Positions 47,135-57,219 of a DNA stretch of 64,000 bases are shown here, one piece after another. The position numbers and the translations under genes were made by a program. Location of the stretch: contig JBBTQF010000012.1 in assembly GCA_038065815.1 (NCBI GenBank), positions 1,663 through 65,662 on the forward strand. The letters are read 5' to 3'. How positions within the stretch are numbered: position 1 is the stretch's first letter; every line of letters starts with the position of its first letter. The DNA is from Patescibacteria group bacterium. Lineage in GTDB: Bacteria; Patescibacteriota; Patescibacteriia; UBA9934; CAMTUG01. A model generated the notes under the pieces. That model did no database searches and was not told where the DNA came from. It worked only from the letters and a program-made list of their open reading frames with translations.

Positions 47135-47665
47135 CTAGAACGGTAATCGGTCTTGGTACGCCTCCCACAAGCTCAAAAATGGTAGGGAAAATTTAGCTGG
47201 ATCGCTCTTTATAAGATGCTCAACCTCTTTTCGCGTAAGCTCAACTAGCTCATCTTGCTCCTGCGGATTTTGCATGACAGGCTCTTTATGGGTGCAATAA
47301 AAAACGGCGACTAGTCGCCGTACTTCGTCCTCGTAACACTCCATCTTTTCGCCGAGCATAGCGAGGTCGGCGTAGTCTATGAACAACTCGGTCGCGAGCA
47401 CCCGCCGAGCCGCGACTTCCAACGGCTCACGATGGCGCACGATAGTTGCGGCTGTGGCCCCAAGCCGACCAGCATACAATTTTTTTTGTTTTGCGGCCTG
47501 CGGAATACGACACAACACGAGCTTTTTATCTTTAGAAAAAACGAGTACGTATACACCATGCAAAAAGTCCATGCGCTTGTCAACGTCCTTACGCTTCTTT
47601 GTGCCAACGACCTCCCCTCGCTCGTTGAGGAGCTCCACATAAAACTCTTCATGAGACGACAACAT
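47135..47665 (-). CDS. NUDIX-family hydrolase (degenerate Nudix box).
   Basis: GRLGATAATIVRHREPLEVAARRVLATELFI approximates Gx5Ex7REUxEExGU. The length is 176 aa. Confidence 0.4.
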   Translation of the reverse strand: MLSSHEEFYVELLNERGEVVGTKKRKDVDKRMDFLHGVYVLVFSKDKKLVLCRIPQAAKQKKLYAGRLGATAATIVRHREPLEVAARRVLATELFIDYADLAMLGEKMECYEDEVRRLVAVFYCTHKEPVMQNPQEQDELVELTRKEVEHLIKSDPAKFSLPFLSLWEAYQDRLPF

Positions 47666-47720
47666 ATGAGACTAGTATACCAGAACGAGACAATACACGA
47701 CAGGCCACTAAGTGGCAGGC

Positions 47721-48470
47721 CTAAAATTTTCGCGCTCGCCCGGTGATGACTTTCAGCGTTCCCTCTTCCACGCCGATCTGAAATTGATCCGCTCGCATCT
47801 CCTCTCCATCACACAAAACGCGGATTGGGTGCTTGGATTGCAAAAAGGCAGTATGGATTGGCAGACGCGTCTGACAACTCTGCTTTCGACGAAAAAAAGA
47901 TCTACGTCCGTCAGTACGGATAACAGCGTCAAGCGTGCCGTCTTGTGGGTTGCCGACCTCCTCCTGTTCGATGGCATCAAATGTTGTAAAGTTGTGAATC
48001 TCCATCGTACCGCGATCTGTGAGCGTCACCCGATAACGCCCATCGCAGAAGAGTTCGGCTTCAGGCGTGAGCACACGCAGTCCGGCCACAAAGCGCTTGC
48101 CATTTAAAAGACCAACATCAACTTGCTGAATAACCCGCGCCGAGAGCACATCACAAGAGGCCACTCCGCTTGATACGCCAATCATCCGAGCAAATGCGCT
48201 TTCGCCACCAACTGGAATCATCCCAAGCGGTAAGCCGACCTCAACAACTGCATCAAGCACTTTACGCACGGTGTGATCATTCCCGACCACAACGACCGTC
48301 GAGACGCCACGACGCGCCTCATCACGAATCTGCTCGTCGGCACGCTTAAACAATGCGAGGCGGATGATTTTGCCGGTGATGCCAAGATCGGTCAAACGAT
48401 TTTCTATTGACGCCACCTCGCGCTCGTGTCGCTTCTCCTGAACAAATTCGTCGTAGATATAAAGATACAT
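47721..48470 (-). CDS. Diacylglycerol-kinase catalytic-domain lipid kinase (YegS/BmrU-like).
   Basis: The DAGK_cat arrangement is present (VVVVGNDHTVRKVL) with a C-terminal beta-sandwich, and the length is 249 aa. Confidence 0.55.
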   Translation of the reverse strand: MYLYIYDEFVQEKRHEREVASIENRLTDLGITGKIIRLALFKRADEQIRDEARRGVSTVVVVGNDHTVRKVLDAVVEVGLPLGMIPVGGESAFARMIGVSSGVASCDVLSARVIQQVDVGLLNGKRFVAGLRVLTPEAELFCDGRYRVTLTDRGTMEIHNFTTFDAIEQEEVGNPQDGTLDAVIRTDGRRSFFRRKQSCQTRLPIHTAFLQSKHPIRVLCDGEEMRADQFQIGVEEGTLKVITGRARKF

Positions 48471-48481
48471 TATTTCATCCG

Positions 48482-48853
48482 CTACTCGTTGACCTTCTTT
48501 CCTCCAACTTTCTCCCCCATACTCACTCGCCCATTAATCATGGCGCCCGCTGCAACCGAGAGCACTTGCGCTTCAATGTCTCCCATCACCCGCGACGACT
48601 CGACAAGCTCAAGACGGTCGGCCACACGCATATTCCCGCCAATCTCGCCTGCGACCATCGCGTTTTGCGCGGACACGTCGGCATGAATGCGCGCTGATGG
48701 CCCTACGTGTAAATCTCCGGCCACGACGACCGATCCTGTAACTTCCCCCTCAATAATCACGTTTCCATTGCTGGTGAATTCCCCATCAACTTTCACTCCT
48801 TGTGCGATCACCGTTTCACCGCCTGGTGAGGCACCCGCTTCGCGTTTGAACAT
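48482..48853 (-). CDS. Bactofilin (DUF583) cytoskeletal protein.
   Basis: Repetitive beta-helical G/V/I-rich turns (IIEGEVTGSVVVAGDLHVGPSARIHADVSAQNAMVAGEIGGNMRV) are present and the length is 123 aa. Confidence 0.6.
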   Translation of the reverse strand: MFKREAGASPGGETVIAQGVKVDGEFTSNGNVIIEGEVTGSVVVAGDLHVGPSARIHADVSAQNAMVAGEIGGNMRVADRLELVESSRVMGDIEAQVLSVAAGAMINGRVSMGEKVGGKKVNE

Positions 48854-48907
48854 AAGCTCGTGGATAATAGACGATAGATAGAAGTTATGGATTAGACAAC
48901 AGGTCTA

Positions 48908-50647
48908 TTACATCTCGCGGACCGATTCAATCCCAAGGACAGAAAGAGCTTTGATGAGCGTCCGATGCGTCGCCTCACACAAAGCGAGACGCGCCTCGCG
49001 CACGGCACCTGTCGCCTTGAGGACAGGAACATCTTGATAAAAATCAGCAAAGGACTTGGCCAGATCAAAGGCATATTGGGCAATCGCCGAAATCTGATAC
49101 GTCCGAACGACACGCTGTAAGACGTCTGGATACTCGGCAATTTTGCGCAAAAGTTCAGCTTCTTTGGTTTTTCCGAAAGGTGTTTCGTGAGCCCCAGACT
49201 TATCCACACCTTTTTTAGCACCCCTCTTACGGAGGATACTCTGAATCCGCGCCATGGTATAGAGCACATAAGGGCCGGTAAATCCATCAAATGCTAACGC
49301 CTGTTTCGTCTCAAAAATGACAATTTTATCGAGGTCCTGTTTGAGAATGTAAAACTTTAGTGCCGCAAAGGCAATGTGATGAGCGATCTCGTCTACTTTT
49401 TTGTCACTCCAGTCTGAATGACGGGCGCGCGTCTCTTGACGCGCCGACTGCATGACCTTATCACGCAAATCTTCGTAGCGAATCACGTTCCCTTTGCGCG
49501 ATGACATAACACCATCTGGCAGAGTGACAATCTCGTAGGAGAGGTGTTGCAATGTGCGGTTGAATCCCATGCGCTTAAGCGTCGCAAACAGTTGCTTCAT
49601 AGCCAACGACTGGCGCACATCAACAACGTATAAACTCAAATCCGCGCGATAGTCTTCTTCTTTTTGAAACGCAAGGGCCAAATCTTTTGCGTTATACAAA
49701 AGCGTTCCGTCAGTGCGCTCAAGCAAATTCACACCAAGCTTTTCTTCTTCAAGAGGCACAATCACGGCGCCATCACTGCGCTTTGCAATTCCTCTACGCA
49801 TTAAATCCTCAACAATAGCCTTTGAGCTTTTCACGAGATCACTTTCAAAATACCACTGCTCAATGGTTAGGCCGAGATCCTTAAACACTCCGCGAATCAT
49901 CGTCATGGACCAGCCGCGCGTTTTCTTCCAAAGCATGCGCCAGCCACGGTGACCATTTTCAAGGCTCTGAAAAATCTTCTGAATATCCACCTTCTCTTCT
50001 GGATTGGCATCGAGCCACTGCGTCGCCTCGGTGTACACCTTGGCGAGAAAAATATTTTCCTCCCCCTTTTCCGGCTTCTCGCCCGGATGAAACTTTTGAA
50101 TACCCCACAAACATTTGGCAACGTGCGCGCCAAGATCATTGATGTAGGACGTCGGAATCACACGCGCTCCATGCGCACGCAACAATTCAACAACCACTTG
50201 ACCGACAAGGGCGTTGCGCAAATGGCCGACGTGTACTTCCTTGTGAGTGTTTGGTTGGGCGTACTCGACCATGATTGTTTTAGCAGTAAGCGTTGAGCTC
50301 GTGCCGTATGTCTCTTGCCTTGCCTCATCAATGACACGCTCTGCAAGCGCTGGTGTGCTCAAACGAAAATTAATGTATGGACCGTTGGCATCCACGGATG
50401 CAATCATCCCTTGCGGTTTGATTTTAGGAGCGATCTCGCTGGTAATCTCAACCGGCGAGCGCTTAAAACCTTTGGCCAAGCCAAAACACGGGAAGGCGAT
50501 GTCCCCGTGACTGGCAATCTTTGGCGCTTCAAGCTCATCAAGCGTGGGAGAATATGTTTTCCCAAGCGCGGTTTTGAGCGCGAGCAATACCTCTTGTCGT
50601 GCTTGTTGAAGGGCGTACATAGGACGATTAAGAGATGAGCCTGACAA
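48908..50647 (-). CDS. argS: Arginyl-tRNA synthetase.
   Basis: The HIGH motif is HVGH and ArgRS N-terminal, catalytic and DALR anticodon-binding regions are present. The length is 579 aa. Confidence 0.9.
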   Translation of the reverse strand: MSGSSLNRPMYALQQARQEVLLALKTALGKTYSPTLDELEAPKIASHGDIAFPCFGLAKGFKRSPVEITSEIAPKIKPQGMIASVDANGPYINFRLSTPALAERVIDEARQETYGTSSTLTAKTIMVEYAQPNTHKEVHVGHLRNALVGQVVVELLRAHGARVIPTSYINDLGAHVAKCLWGIQKFHPGEKPEKGEENIFLAKVYTEATQWLDANPEEKVDIQKIFQSLENGHRGWRMLWKKTRGWSMTMIRGVFKDLGLTIEQWYFESDLVKSSKAIVEDLMRRGIAKRSDGAVIVPLEEEKLGVNLLERTDGTLLYNAKDLALAFQKEEDYRADLSLYVVDVRQSLAMKQLFATLKRMGFNRTLQHLSYEIVTLPDGVMSSRKGNVIRYEDLRDKVMQSARQETRARHSDWSDKKVDEIAHHIAFAALKFYILKQDLDKIVIFETKQALAFDGFTGPYVLYTMARIQSILRKRGAKKGVDKSGAHETPFGKTKEAELLRKIAEYPDVLQRVVRTYQISAIAQYAFDLAKSFADFYQDVPVLKATGAVREARLALCEATHRTLIKALSVLGIESVREM

Positions 50648-51815
50648 AATGACGCTTGCCTTTTTGGATAACGGAACCAGAACGAACCTCGCGTTTTACG
50701 TCTTTGACAACCTTGCCATCCACTTTCACACCGCCTTCCTCAAGCACTCGACGCGCCTCGGACTTCGAGGCAACCAGCTTTGCAAGAACAAGCGCACCAA
50801 CAAGTGACACGGGACCTTTCACGCGCACCTCCCGCATCTCCTCTGGCGCTTCGTGTTCTCGAAACATTTTGTTGAACGCCTCAACCGCTTGATCTGCGAC
50901 CTTTGCGGAATGATACATGCGCACAATCTCACGCGCCAAACGAATTTTAATATCGCGAGGATTTGTACCTGATTTCATCGCTCCTTCCATCTTTGAAATC
51001 TCCGCCATTGGCACACGCGTAAAATATGTAAAATATTTTACAATCAACTCGTCCGAGATTGACATAATTTTTCCAAACATCTCACTAGGCGCGTCAGTAA
51101 AATTAATCGTGTTACCCCAGCTTGAACTCATCTTGCGACCGTCGGTTCCATCAATGAGAGGATTCATGATGATATTTTGAGAATTCTGATGAAAATGCGG
51201 TTGCATTTCGCGTCCAGCCAACAAATTAAAACGTTGATCAGTCCCTCCAAGCTCGACGTCAGCCTTCACCGCAACCGAATCATACCCCTGCATGAGAGGA
51301 TAAAGCACCTCTCGCAGAGACACGCGCGTACCGGCATCTAGACGACGTCGAATATTCTCACGAGCAATAAACTCCGCCAACGAAAAAAAGTCTGCTTGTT
51401 CCGCAACATCAACGTAATTTAATTTTTTTAACCATTCAGAATTGAAACGGATTTCCGCTTTTTTAATATCAAGTATCTTTTCCGCTTGCGTCACGTAATG
51501 CTTTAAATTGATTTTTACCGTTTTCGGATCAAGCATCGGACGTTCAGATTCTTTATCTGATGTGTCCCCAATCACTCCTGTAAAATCTCCAACAATGAAG
51601 ACGACCTTGTGACCGAGCTCTTGAAAATCACGTAGCTTTAGCAAAGGCACGGATCGGCCTAAGTGCAAATTCGGACTTGTCGGATCAATGCCGAGCTTGA
51701 CGCGCAAAACAGCTCCCGAAAGCATCCGCTCTCGTAACTGATTTTTAACAATGACTTCATCAACACCGCGTGACAAAACTTCGTCAATGGCTTTTGGATT
51801 CGTGTTCACTTTCAT
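50628..51815 (-). CDS. tyrS: Tyrosyl-tRNA synthetase (with a C-terminal S4 domain).
   Basis: The class I motifs are LHLGR (HIGH-like) and KMSSS. The C-terminal S4-like RVLEEGGVKVDG stretch is present and the length is 395 aa. Confidence 0.85.
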   Translation of the reverse strand: MKVNTNPKAIDEVLSRGVDEVIVKNQLRERMLSGAVLRVKLGIDPTSPNLHLGRSVPLLKLRDFQELGHKVVFIVGDFTGVIGDTSDKESERPMLDPKTVKINLKHYVTQAEKILDIKKAEIRFNSEWLKKLNYVDVAEQADFFSLAEFIARENIRRRLDAGTRVSLREVLYPLMQGYDSVAVKADVELGGTDQRFNLLAGREMQPHFHQNSQNIIMNPLIDGTDGRKMSSSWGNTINFTDAPSEMFGKIMSISDELIVKYFTYFTRVPMAEISKMEGAMKSGTNPRDIKIRLAREIVRMYHSAKVADQAVEAFNKMFREHEAPEEMREVRVKGPVSLVGALVLAKLVASKSEARRVLEEGGVKVDGKVVKDVKREVRSGSVIQKGKRHFVRLIS

Positions 51816-51833
51816 ACATAAGTTATCTTACCG

Positions 51834-54602
51834 CTATTTCTTGAGCACGGCGAGTTGAGACTGTAGGGCGCGAGATCGCTCATGTGCCTCGCTCAAATTC
51901 GTCCGCATTTTTTTAACAACATTCGCTGGAGCTTTTGATGTGAACTCCGCGTTGTCGAGTTTCGCAGAGAGTGTGCTGGCATAGTCTTGAGCTCCTTGAA
52001 GCTCCTTCGTGAGACGCATCCTTTCTTTTTCAAGATCAAGCAGACCGGCGAGTGAGAGAAAGATAGAGGCCTCGCCGAGCACGGCCGAAGCGCTCTGCAC
52101 AGGAGCGGTGCCGTTCGCTGTCACTGTGAGACTCCCCACGCGCGCCAGATGCTTGATGAGCTCGGCTTGTTCATCAATAAATGTCGCACGTTTTCCACTG
52201 ACAATGGTAACACTAACCATCTTCGCAGGCTCCACGTTATACTGCGAACGCAAATTGCGAATAGCCCCGACCACATCTTGCACCAGAGTAAACTCACCAG
52301 CCACGCGTGGATCCATGTTCCCTCCGGATTTAGGCCACTCCGCAATCATCAAGAAATCTTTCGACAGCCCCATCTCTTTCCAAATCACCTCCGTCACAAA
52401 GGGCATGAACGGATGCCAGAGTTTGAGCAAAGTCGACAAGACGTGCAATAAAACGCGATCAGTGTTTTCCGACTTCTGCAACTTGGAGATCTCCAAATAC
52501 CAATCTGCAAACTCGCTCCATGTAAAGTCTCGCAACAGCTCACCGGCGGCCGAGAACTCATAGCGCTCAAGGTGCGCCGTGACCCGATCGGTGACCTCGG
52601 CGAGGCGACCGAGTATCCATCGGTCGGCAAGGGTCACCGCACAGACCCCACCCCAACCCTCCCCTTGGGTAAGGGGAGGGAGATGAGCACTCGAGAGAAC
52701 AAACCGCGCAATGTTCCAAAGTTTATTTGTAAAGTTGCGATAACCGGCAATTTTTTCTTCCGAAAGTTTTGAGTCATTCCCCGGCGTCCCACCAATAACA
52801 AGCGACAGACGCGTCGCATCCGCGCCAAACTTACCAATCATGTCCAATGGATCAATAATGTTGTCGAGCGACTTACTCATCTTGCGCCCCTTTTCATCGC
52901 GAACGAGGCCATGCAAATAGACCTGCTTAAATGGAATCTCCCCAACCGCATACGTTGTCATCAAAATCATGCGCGCCACCCAGAAAAACAAAATATCGTA
53001 GCCTGTCTCGAGAACCGAAGTCGGATGAAATTGCTCAAAATCACTAGGCTTGCCCTCCGAAGCCTTGGCGGAGGAGGGCCACCCAAGCGTCGAGATCGTC
53101 CACAACCCCGAGCTAAACCACGTGTCGAGCGTGTCCGGGTCCTGCTCCCACCCATCTCCCTCTAGCGCTTCTACACTCACAGAAATTTCCTCCCCGCGAT
53201 ACCACACCGGCACGCGATGGCCAAACCAAATCTGACGACTGATGTTCCAATCACGCAAATTATCAATCCAGTGAAAATACGTTTTCTCAAATCGCTCCGG
53301 AATAATCTCAATCTGCTTTGAGCGCACGACGTGTTGCATGATCTCCTTCAGCGAGATCATCTGCCCATCATTGATTCCATCAATCGGCGCGTGCGAGCTC
53401 GCACGAAAGGCAAACGGTTTGTTGACGTCAATAAACCATTGCAACTTTGGCAGTGGCTCAACCGGTGATTCACACCGGTAGCAGACAGAGAGATTATGCG
53501 TGTAATTCTCGTCAACGTGATCCACGAGACCCTTCTTCTGCAACTGCTCGACGATTGCCGTGCGTGCATCATGCGCGTCCTGTCCGGCAAATGAACCTGC
53601 CGCATTGGTGAGCTTCCCATCCTCACCAATAATTTGGACAACCTCGAATCCATATTTCTTCGCAAGATCAAAATCAACAAAACTGTGTGCAGGAGTGATC
53701 GTCATGGCACCAGAACCCATATCCATATCCGCAACTTCATCAGCAACTACTTTTGCTTTCACCAATCCATCAATCCACTCAACCTCCATCTCTTTTCCAA
53801 CAAGCTCTTTGTACCGCGCATCATTCGGATGAACAACTATTACCTTGTCAGCGAATTTAGTTTCAGGACGCGCGGTCCCAATCACAACTGGACCATATTT
53901 GAAATAATAAAACTTCGTCTTCTGCTCAATGTATTCCACTTCGTCGTCCGCGAGTGTGGATTTGCATCTCGGACACCAATTCACCATCCTGTCACCGCGA
54001 TAGATGAGACCGTCGTCATACATCATCTTAAACGCCGTGCGCACGGCAGTAGAACGAGCCGAATCAAGTGTGTACGCCTCACGCGACCAATCAAGTGACG
54101 CTCCCATCTTCTTACACTGTTTAACAATGACATCGTGCGACTCGGTCGCAAACGTTTTCACGCGCTCCAAAAACGCTCCGCGTCCAAGCTCTGCTCGAGG
54201 GTCCTTCATACCACCCGCAATGAGAAGTTTCTCAACTTTTGTCTGCGTGGCAATGGCCGCGTGATCTGTCCCTGGAAGCCAAAGCGTTTTCTTGCCACGC
54301 ATGCGGGCAAAACGAACCATAATATCCTCGATCGCCAGCATCACCGCGTGTCCCATGTGCAGGGTGCCAGTCACGTTGGGTGGTGGCAAAACAATAGAAA
54401 ACATCTCTTTGCGCTCATCTGGCAAGTTGTCCGGATTAAAAAACCCGCTCTGCTCCCATGCGGCGTAGACGGCGTCTTCGTGCGCCTTTGGATCGTAGGC
54501 TTTGGGAATCTCGTGATCGGCCATAATGGGATAAGTGTACGGAAATAAAGGGTATTTGGCAATTAGAGATCTTCGTTTAAAATTTTCGTTGTAGATGTCC
54601 AA
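51834..54602 (-). CDS. valS: Valyl-tRNA synthetase.
   Basis: The HIGH motif is PNVTGTLHMGHA, KMSKS is present, and there is a C-terminal coiled coil. The length is 922 aa. The start is possibly the internal MADHEIPKAYDP at about 54524. Confidence 0.9.
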   Translation of the reverse strand: MDIYNENFKRRSLIAKYPLFPYTYPIMADHEIPKAYDPKAHEDAVYAAWEQSGFFNPDNLPDERKEMFSIVLPPPNVTGTLHMGHAVMLAIEDIMVRFARMRGKKTLWLPGTDHAAIATQTKVEKLLIAGGMKDPRAELGRGAFLERVKTFATESHDVIVKQCKKMGASLDWSREAYTLDSARSTAVRTAFKMMYDDGLIYRGDRMVNWCPRCKSTLADDEVEYIEQKTKFYYFKYGPVVIGTARPETKFADKVIVVHPNDARYKELVGKEMEVEWIDGLVKAKVVADEVADMDMGSGAMTITPAHSFVDFDLAKKYGFEVVQIIGEDGKLTNAAGSFAGQDAHDARTAIVEQLQKKGLVDHVDENYTHNLSVCYRCESPVEPLPKLQWFIDVNKPFAFRASSHAPIDGINDGQMISLKEIMQHVVRSKQIEIIPERFEKTYFHWIDNLRDWNISRQIWFGHRVPVWYRGEEISVSVEALEGDGWEQDPDTLDTWFSSGLWTISTLGWPSSAKASEGKPSDFEQFHPTSVLETGYDILFFWVARMILMTTYAVGEIPFKQVYLHGLVRDEKGRKMSKSLDNIIDPLDMIGKFGADATRLSLVIGGTPGNDSKLSEEKIAGYRNFTNKLWNIARFVLSSAHLPPLTQGEGWGGVCAVTLADRWILGRLAEVTDRVTAHLERYEFSAAGELLRDFTWSEFADWYLEISKLQKSENTDRVLLHVLSTLLKLWHPFMPFVTEVIWKEMGLSKDFLMIAEWPKSGGNMDPRVAGEFTLVQDVVGAIRNLRSQYNVEPAKMVSVTIVSGKRATFIDEQAELIKHLARVGSLTVTANGTAPVQSASAVLGEASIFLSLAGLLDLEKERMRLTKELQGAQDYASTLSAKLDNAEFTSKAPANVVKKMRTNLSEAHERSRALQSQLAVLKK

Positions 54603-54650
54603 AAACGAAACGCCGCTCTGGTGGACCCAGAGCGGACGCTGTAAAAGGAG

Positions 54651-56204
54651 CTATTCACGGTTGCAACGGGCGAATGCCGAATCACAGACGATTACGACCG
54701 GCTTGTCTTTGACCTCGATCTGCCTGATCACTGTGACTGGATCGGGCGTATCCTGAAACGTTGCAGTAACGCGATAGAAACCTGGAGGAATGCTAGTCGG
54801 AAGTGTGAATGACCCGTTGTCTCCGATCAGACGAACCTGCGTGGCGTCGCCCCTCACTGTCGCGCGAGTCTCAAGTTGTTCAACGGCCACGGATGGCTGG
54901 ACAGCCTTGACACGTGGCTCTACTTTCGTCGCTTTCGTTTTCGGGTCGTTCTTGCCAACCACCTTACCCCTATCCTTCTCACTGGAAAGACCGATGACTG
55001 ACGTGACTGGTTCATCAACTGGTGAAGCGGTAGGTTCAGCGACCGACTCGATCCTCGAAGAAGTGATGGCTTCTGGATACGCTTGCCATGCTTGTACAGG
55101 AGGAGACCTAGGATCACGCATCCAGAAGCCATACACTAAGAGAGAGATAACAAGGGTCACGGTGCCAACAATGGCGATCATGCCACCGTGTGGCAAGCGT
55201 TCCCTGCGTGGCTCGACCGCAACACTCACGACGACAGGAGGTGCAACTTCATGTTCAGAACTCACTTGTCCGTCAGCATTAGAAGATGACGAACTGAAGT
55301 CAAACCGTGTTCCAATAACTTCACCCTCGATTTCAGGAACCATGGTGTGAAATGAAACACGCCGTGTCTCACTTTCTTCACTGACCGTTGGCAGTTGGTT
55401 CAAAACGCTTTCGATGGCCTCAATCATCTCCATAGCACTCGCATACCGATTCTGTGGCTGATGCGCCGTCGCCTTGCAAATGATCGGACGCAGTACGTCA
55501 GGGATAGGATCCATGATGTCCGGGTCTTCATGGAGTGTCGAGTAGAAAAATGGCGCGGTTGGCTTGACGATCCCAGCGATCAGTGCATGAAGCATCACAC
55601 CAGTCGCGTACAGATCCGCCCGCAAGTCTGTACGAACAGAGCTCCAGTGTTGCTCCGGTGCCATGTACCAGAACGTACCGATTATGCCCCCTGTCTGTGT
55701 GAAACCGTGACTCTCACCACTCGCGCGAGCGATCCCGAAATCACAAATCTTCGGAACCCCATCAGCGCCGAGCAGGACGTTGTCTGGCTTCACATCACGA
55801 TGCACGATTCCATTGTTGTGTGCACACTCGAGGCCACGTAGGACGTCCATCACGATACTCGCGGCTTCCCTACTCGGAATATACGCCTTTCGACGTTGAA
55901 GATCGCGCAGAGAACCGCCAGACACGAAGTCCATGATGATGTAAATCTGTCCTTCATGCTCGTCTAGGTCATGTACAGCTACGATGTTGCCGTGTTGTGC
56001 ACGCTCCATCGCGACGGCTTCTTTCTTAAGACGTTGACGCAACGCCTCTTTCCCACTCATTTGCCACTTGAGAACCTTCAAGGCGTACTGACGCCCGAGA
56101 CTCGTATGCTCAACAAGATAGACATACGCCATGCCTCCCTCGCCGAGCAATCTAATGATGCGATATCGTCGTGCGAACAGATCGCCAGACTTCAGCTGTA
56201 ACAT
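54651..56204 (-). CDS. Hanks-type Ser/Thr protein kinase with a single TM and an extracellular C-terminal domain.
   Basis: LGEGGMAYVY...ALKVL, HRDVKPDNVLL and DFGIA are present. A TM helix (MIAIVGTVTLVISLLVYGFW) follows. The probable start is MLQLKSG at 56204, overlapping the upstream stop as TAATG; the listed ORF extends to 56441. Confidence 0.8.
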   Translation of the reverse strand: MLQLKSGDLFARRYRIIRLLGEGGMAYVYLVEHTSLGRQYALKVLKWQMSGKEALRQRLKKEAVAMERAQHGNIVAVHDLDEHEGQIYIIMDFVSGGSLRDLQRRKAYIPSREAASIVMDVLRGLECAHNNGIVHRDVKPDNVLLGADGVPKICDFGIARASGESHGFTQTGGIIGTFWYMAPEQHWSSVRTDLRADLYATGVMLHALIAGIVKPTAPFFYSTLHEDPDIMDPIPDVLRPIICKATAHQPQNRYASAMEMIEAIESVLNQLPTVSEESETRRVSFHTMVPEIEGEVIGTRFDFSSSSSNADGQVSSEHEVAPPVVVSVAVEPRRERLPHGGMIAIVGTVTLVISLLVYGFWMRDPRSPPVQAWQAYPEAITSSRIESVAEPTASPVDEPVTSVIGLSSEKDRGKVVGKNDPKTKATKVEPRVKAVQPSVAVEQLETRATVRGDATQVRLIGDNGSFTLPTSIPPGFYRVTATFQDTPDPVTVIRQIEVKDKPVVIVCDSAFARCNRE

Positions 56205-57115
56205 TAGCGTCCACCTTTGTGGTTGGGAATTACCACGGTGAATGTGATGATGCCGAGCGTAGCCGTGAGCGCAGAACTTGCGACCCACGCCACACCGAGC
56301 GTGTTCGTCGTATCCCGCAGTGCAGAAAGCTCGTCGTCGGAAATAGGATTTTCGGTATTCTCGAAACGTTCTTTCTCGATCATACCCACAGTGTACAACC
56401 CGCCAGAGATCAACAGGCTCGTACCGGTCGCGATGAGCCACGGCGTCGGAGAGCCCTGGAAGATCCCCCTGGGCACAGGGACGACTAGCTCCATGTTGTA
56501 CGCCGTCAGATCGAACTTCGGCAGTAGATCAAGCGGACGCACGAATGAAGACTCGACAACGACACCGTGCGCATTCATGATCTGAATGATCGCGCTCGCG
56601 CTCGACAGCCGTGTGTCAGTGCGTACGCCGTCAACCGTTGCCCAACCGCCGATCGGTGCGAGCACGACCTGAAGTTCGCCTGACAGCTCTACGACTTTCG
56701 CCTTTTCGTACAGCCGTGCGACAGGATGATCTGCCGGCACGATCCCTTCCGGGAACTCGTAGTGAGGTTCGAGCTTGTTGCTCACATGGAATTCGCTCTG
56801 CACGAGATCACGATCCCTTGCGACGAAAGCGACAAGTGCGAGCAAGCGGTGGAACCGAGCCGCATCGCTCATGGCGATCTGCTCATTGAGGCAGTTGATC
56901 TGACCGATCGCCGTGTCACGAGATGACGCGATCCCATCACGATCCATCTGAACGAAGGCGGTCTCGCCCGCCGTGATAGTGGCGAGCAGATCAGTAACCG
57001 CAACGGCCTGTGGACAGGTCTCCTCGGCAGGCGGAGCCGTTGGCTCATCAGCCTGCGCAGGTTGCGGAAGACCCAGCAAAAAAAGGACTGAAAGAATACG
57101 TGGCATGTGGTACAA
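56204..57115 (-). CDS. Secreted or membrane-anchored protein of 303 aa (signal peptide, extracellular domain, C-terminal TM), translationally coupled to the kinase.
   Basis: The signal peptide is MPRILSVLFLLGLPQPAQA, the C-terminal TM is TLGIITFTVVI, and the stop/start overlap with the kinase gene reads TAATG. Confidence 0.45.
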   Translation of the reverse strand: MYHMPRILSVLFLLGLPQPAQADEPTAPPAEETCPQAVAVTDLLATITAGETAFVQMDRDGIASSRDTAIGQINCLNEQIAMSDAARFHRLLALVAFVARDRDLVQSEFHVSNKLEPHYEFPEGIVPADHPVARLYEKAKVVELSGELQVVLAPIGGWATVDGVRTDTRLSSASAIIQIMNAHGVVVESSFVRPLDLLPKFDLTAYNMELVVPVPRGIFQGSPTPWLIATGTSLLISGGLYTVGMIEKERFENTENPISDDELSALRDTTNTLGVAWVASSALTATLGIITFTVVIPNHKGGR

Positions 57116-57219
57116 GCCTCCATCGCAATCTCACCATTTTTTTCCGTCAGAGTCAATCGGTTCAGCCGACCCAATTGACAAAACCCTCAAAAAAAGGGAA
57201 AAAGGAGGTGAGGTGACCA

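Noticed and set aside
46757-47168. ORFs 46757..46993 and 46932..47168 on the minus strand.
   Set aside because: They overlap the two tRNA genes and have no Shine-Dalgarno or motifs; they are spurious.
48892-49290. A 132-aa ORF overlapping the 3' end of argS.
   Set aside because: It lies entirely inside or overlapping the well-supported argS frame and is Arg/Ser-rich noise.
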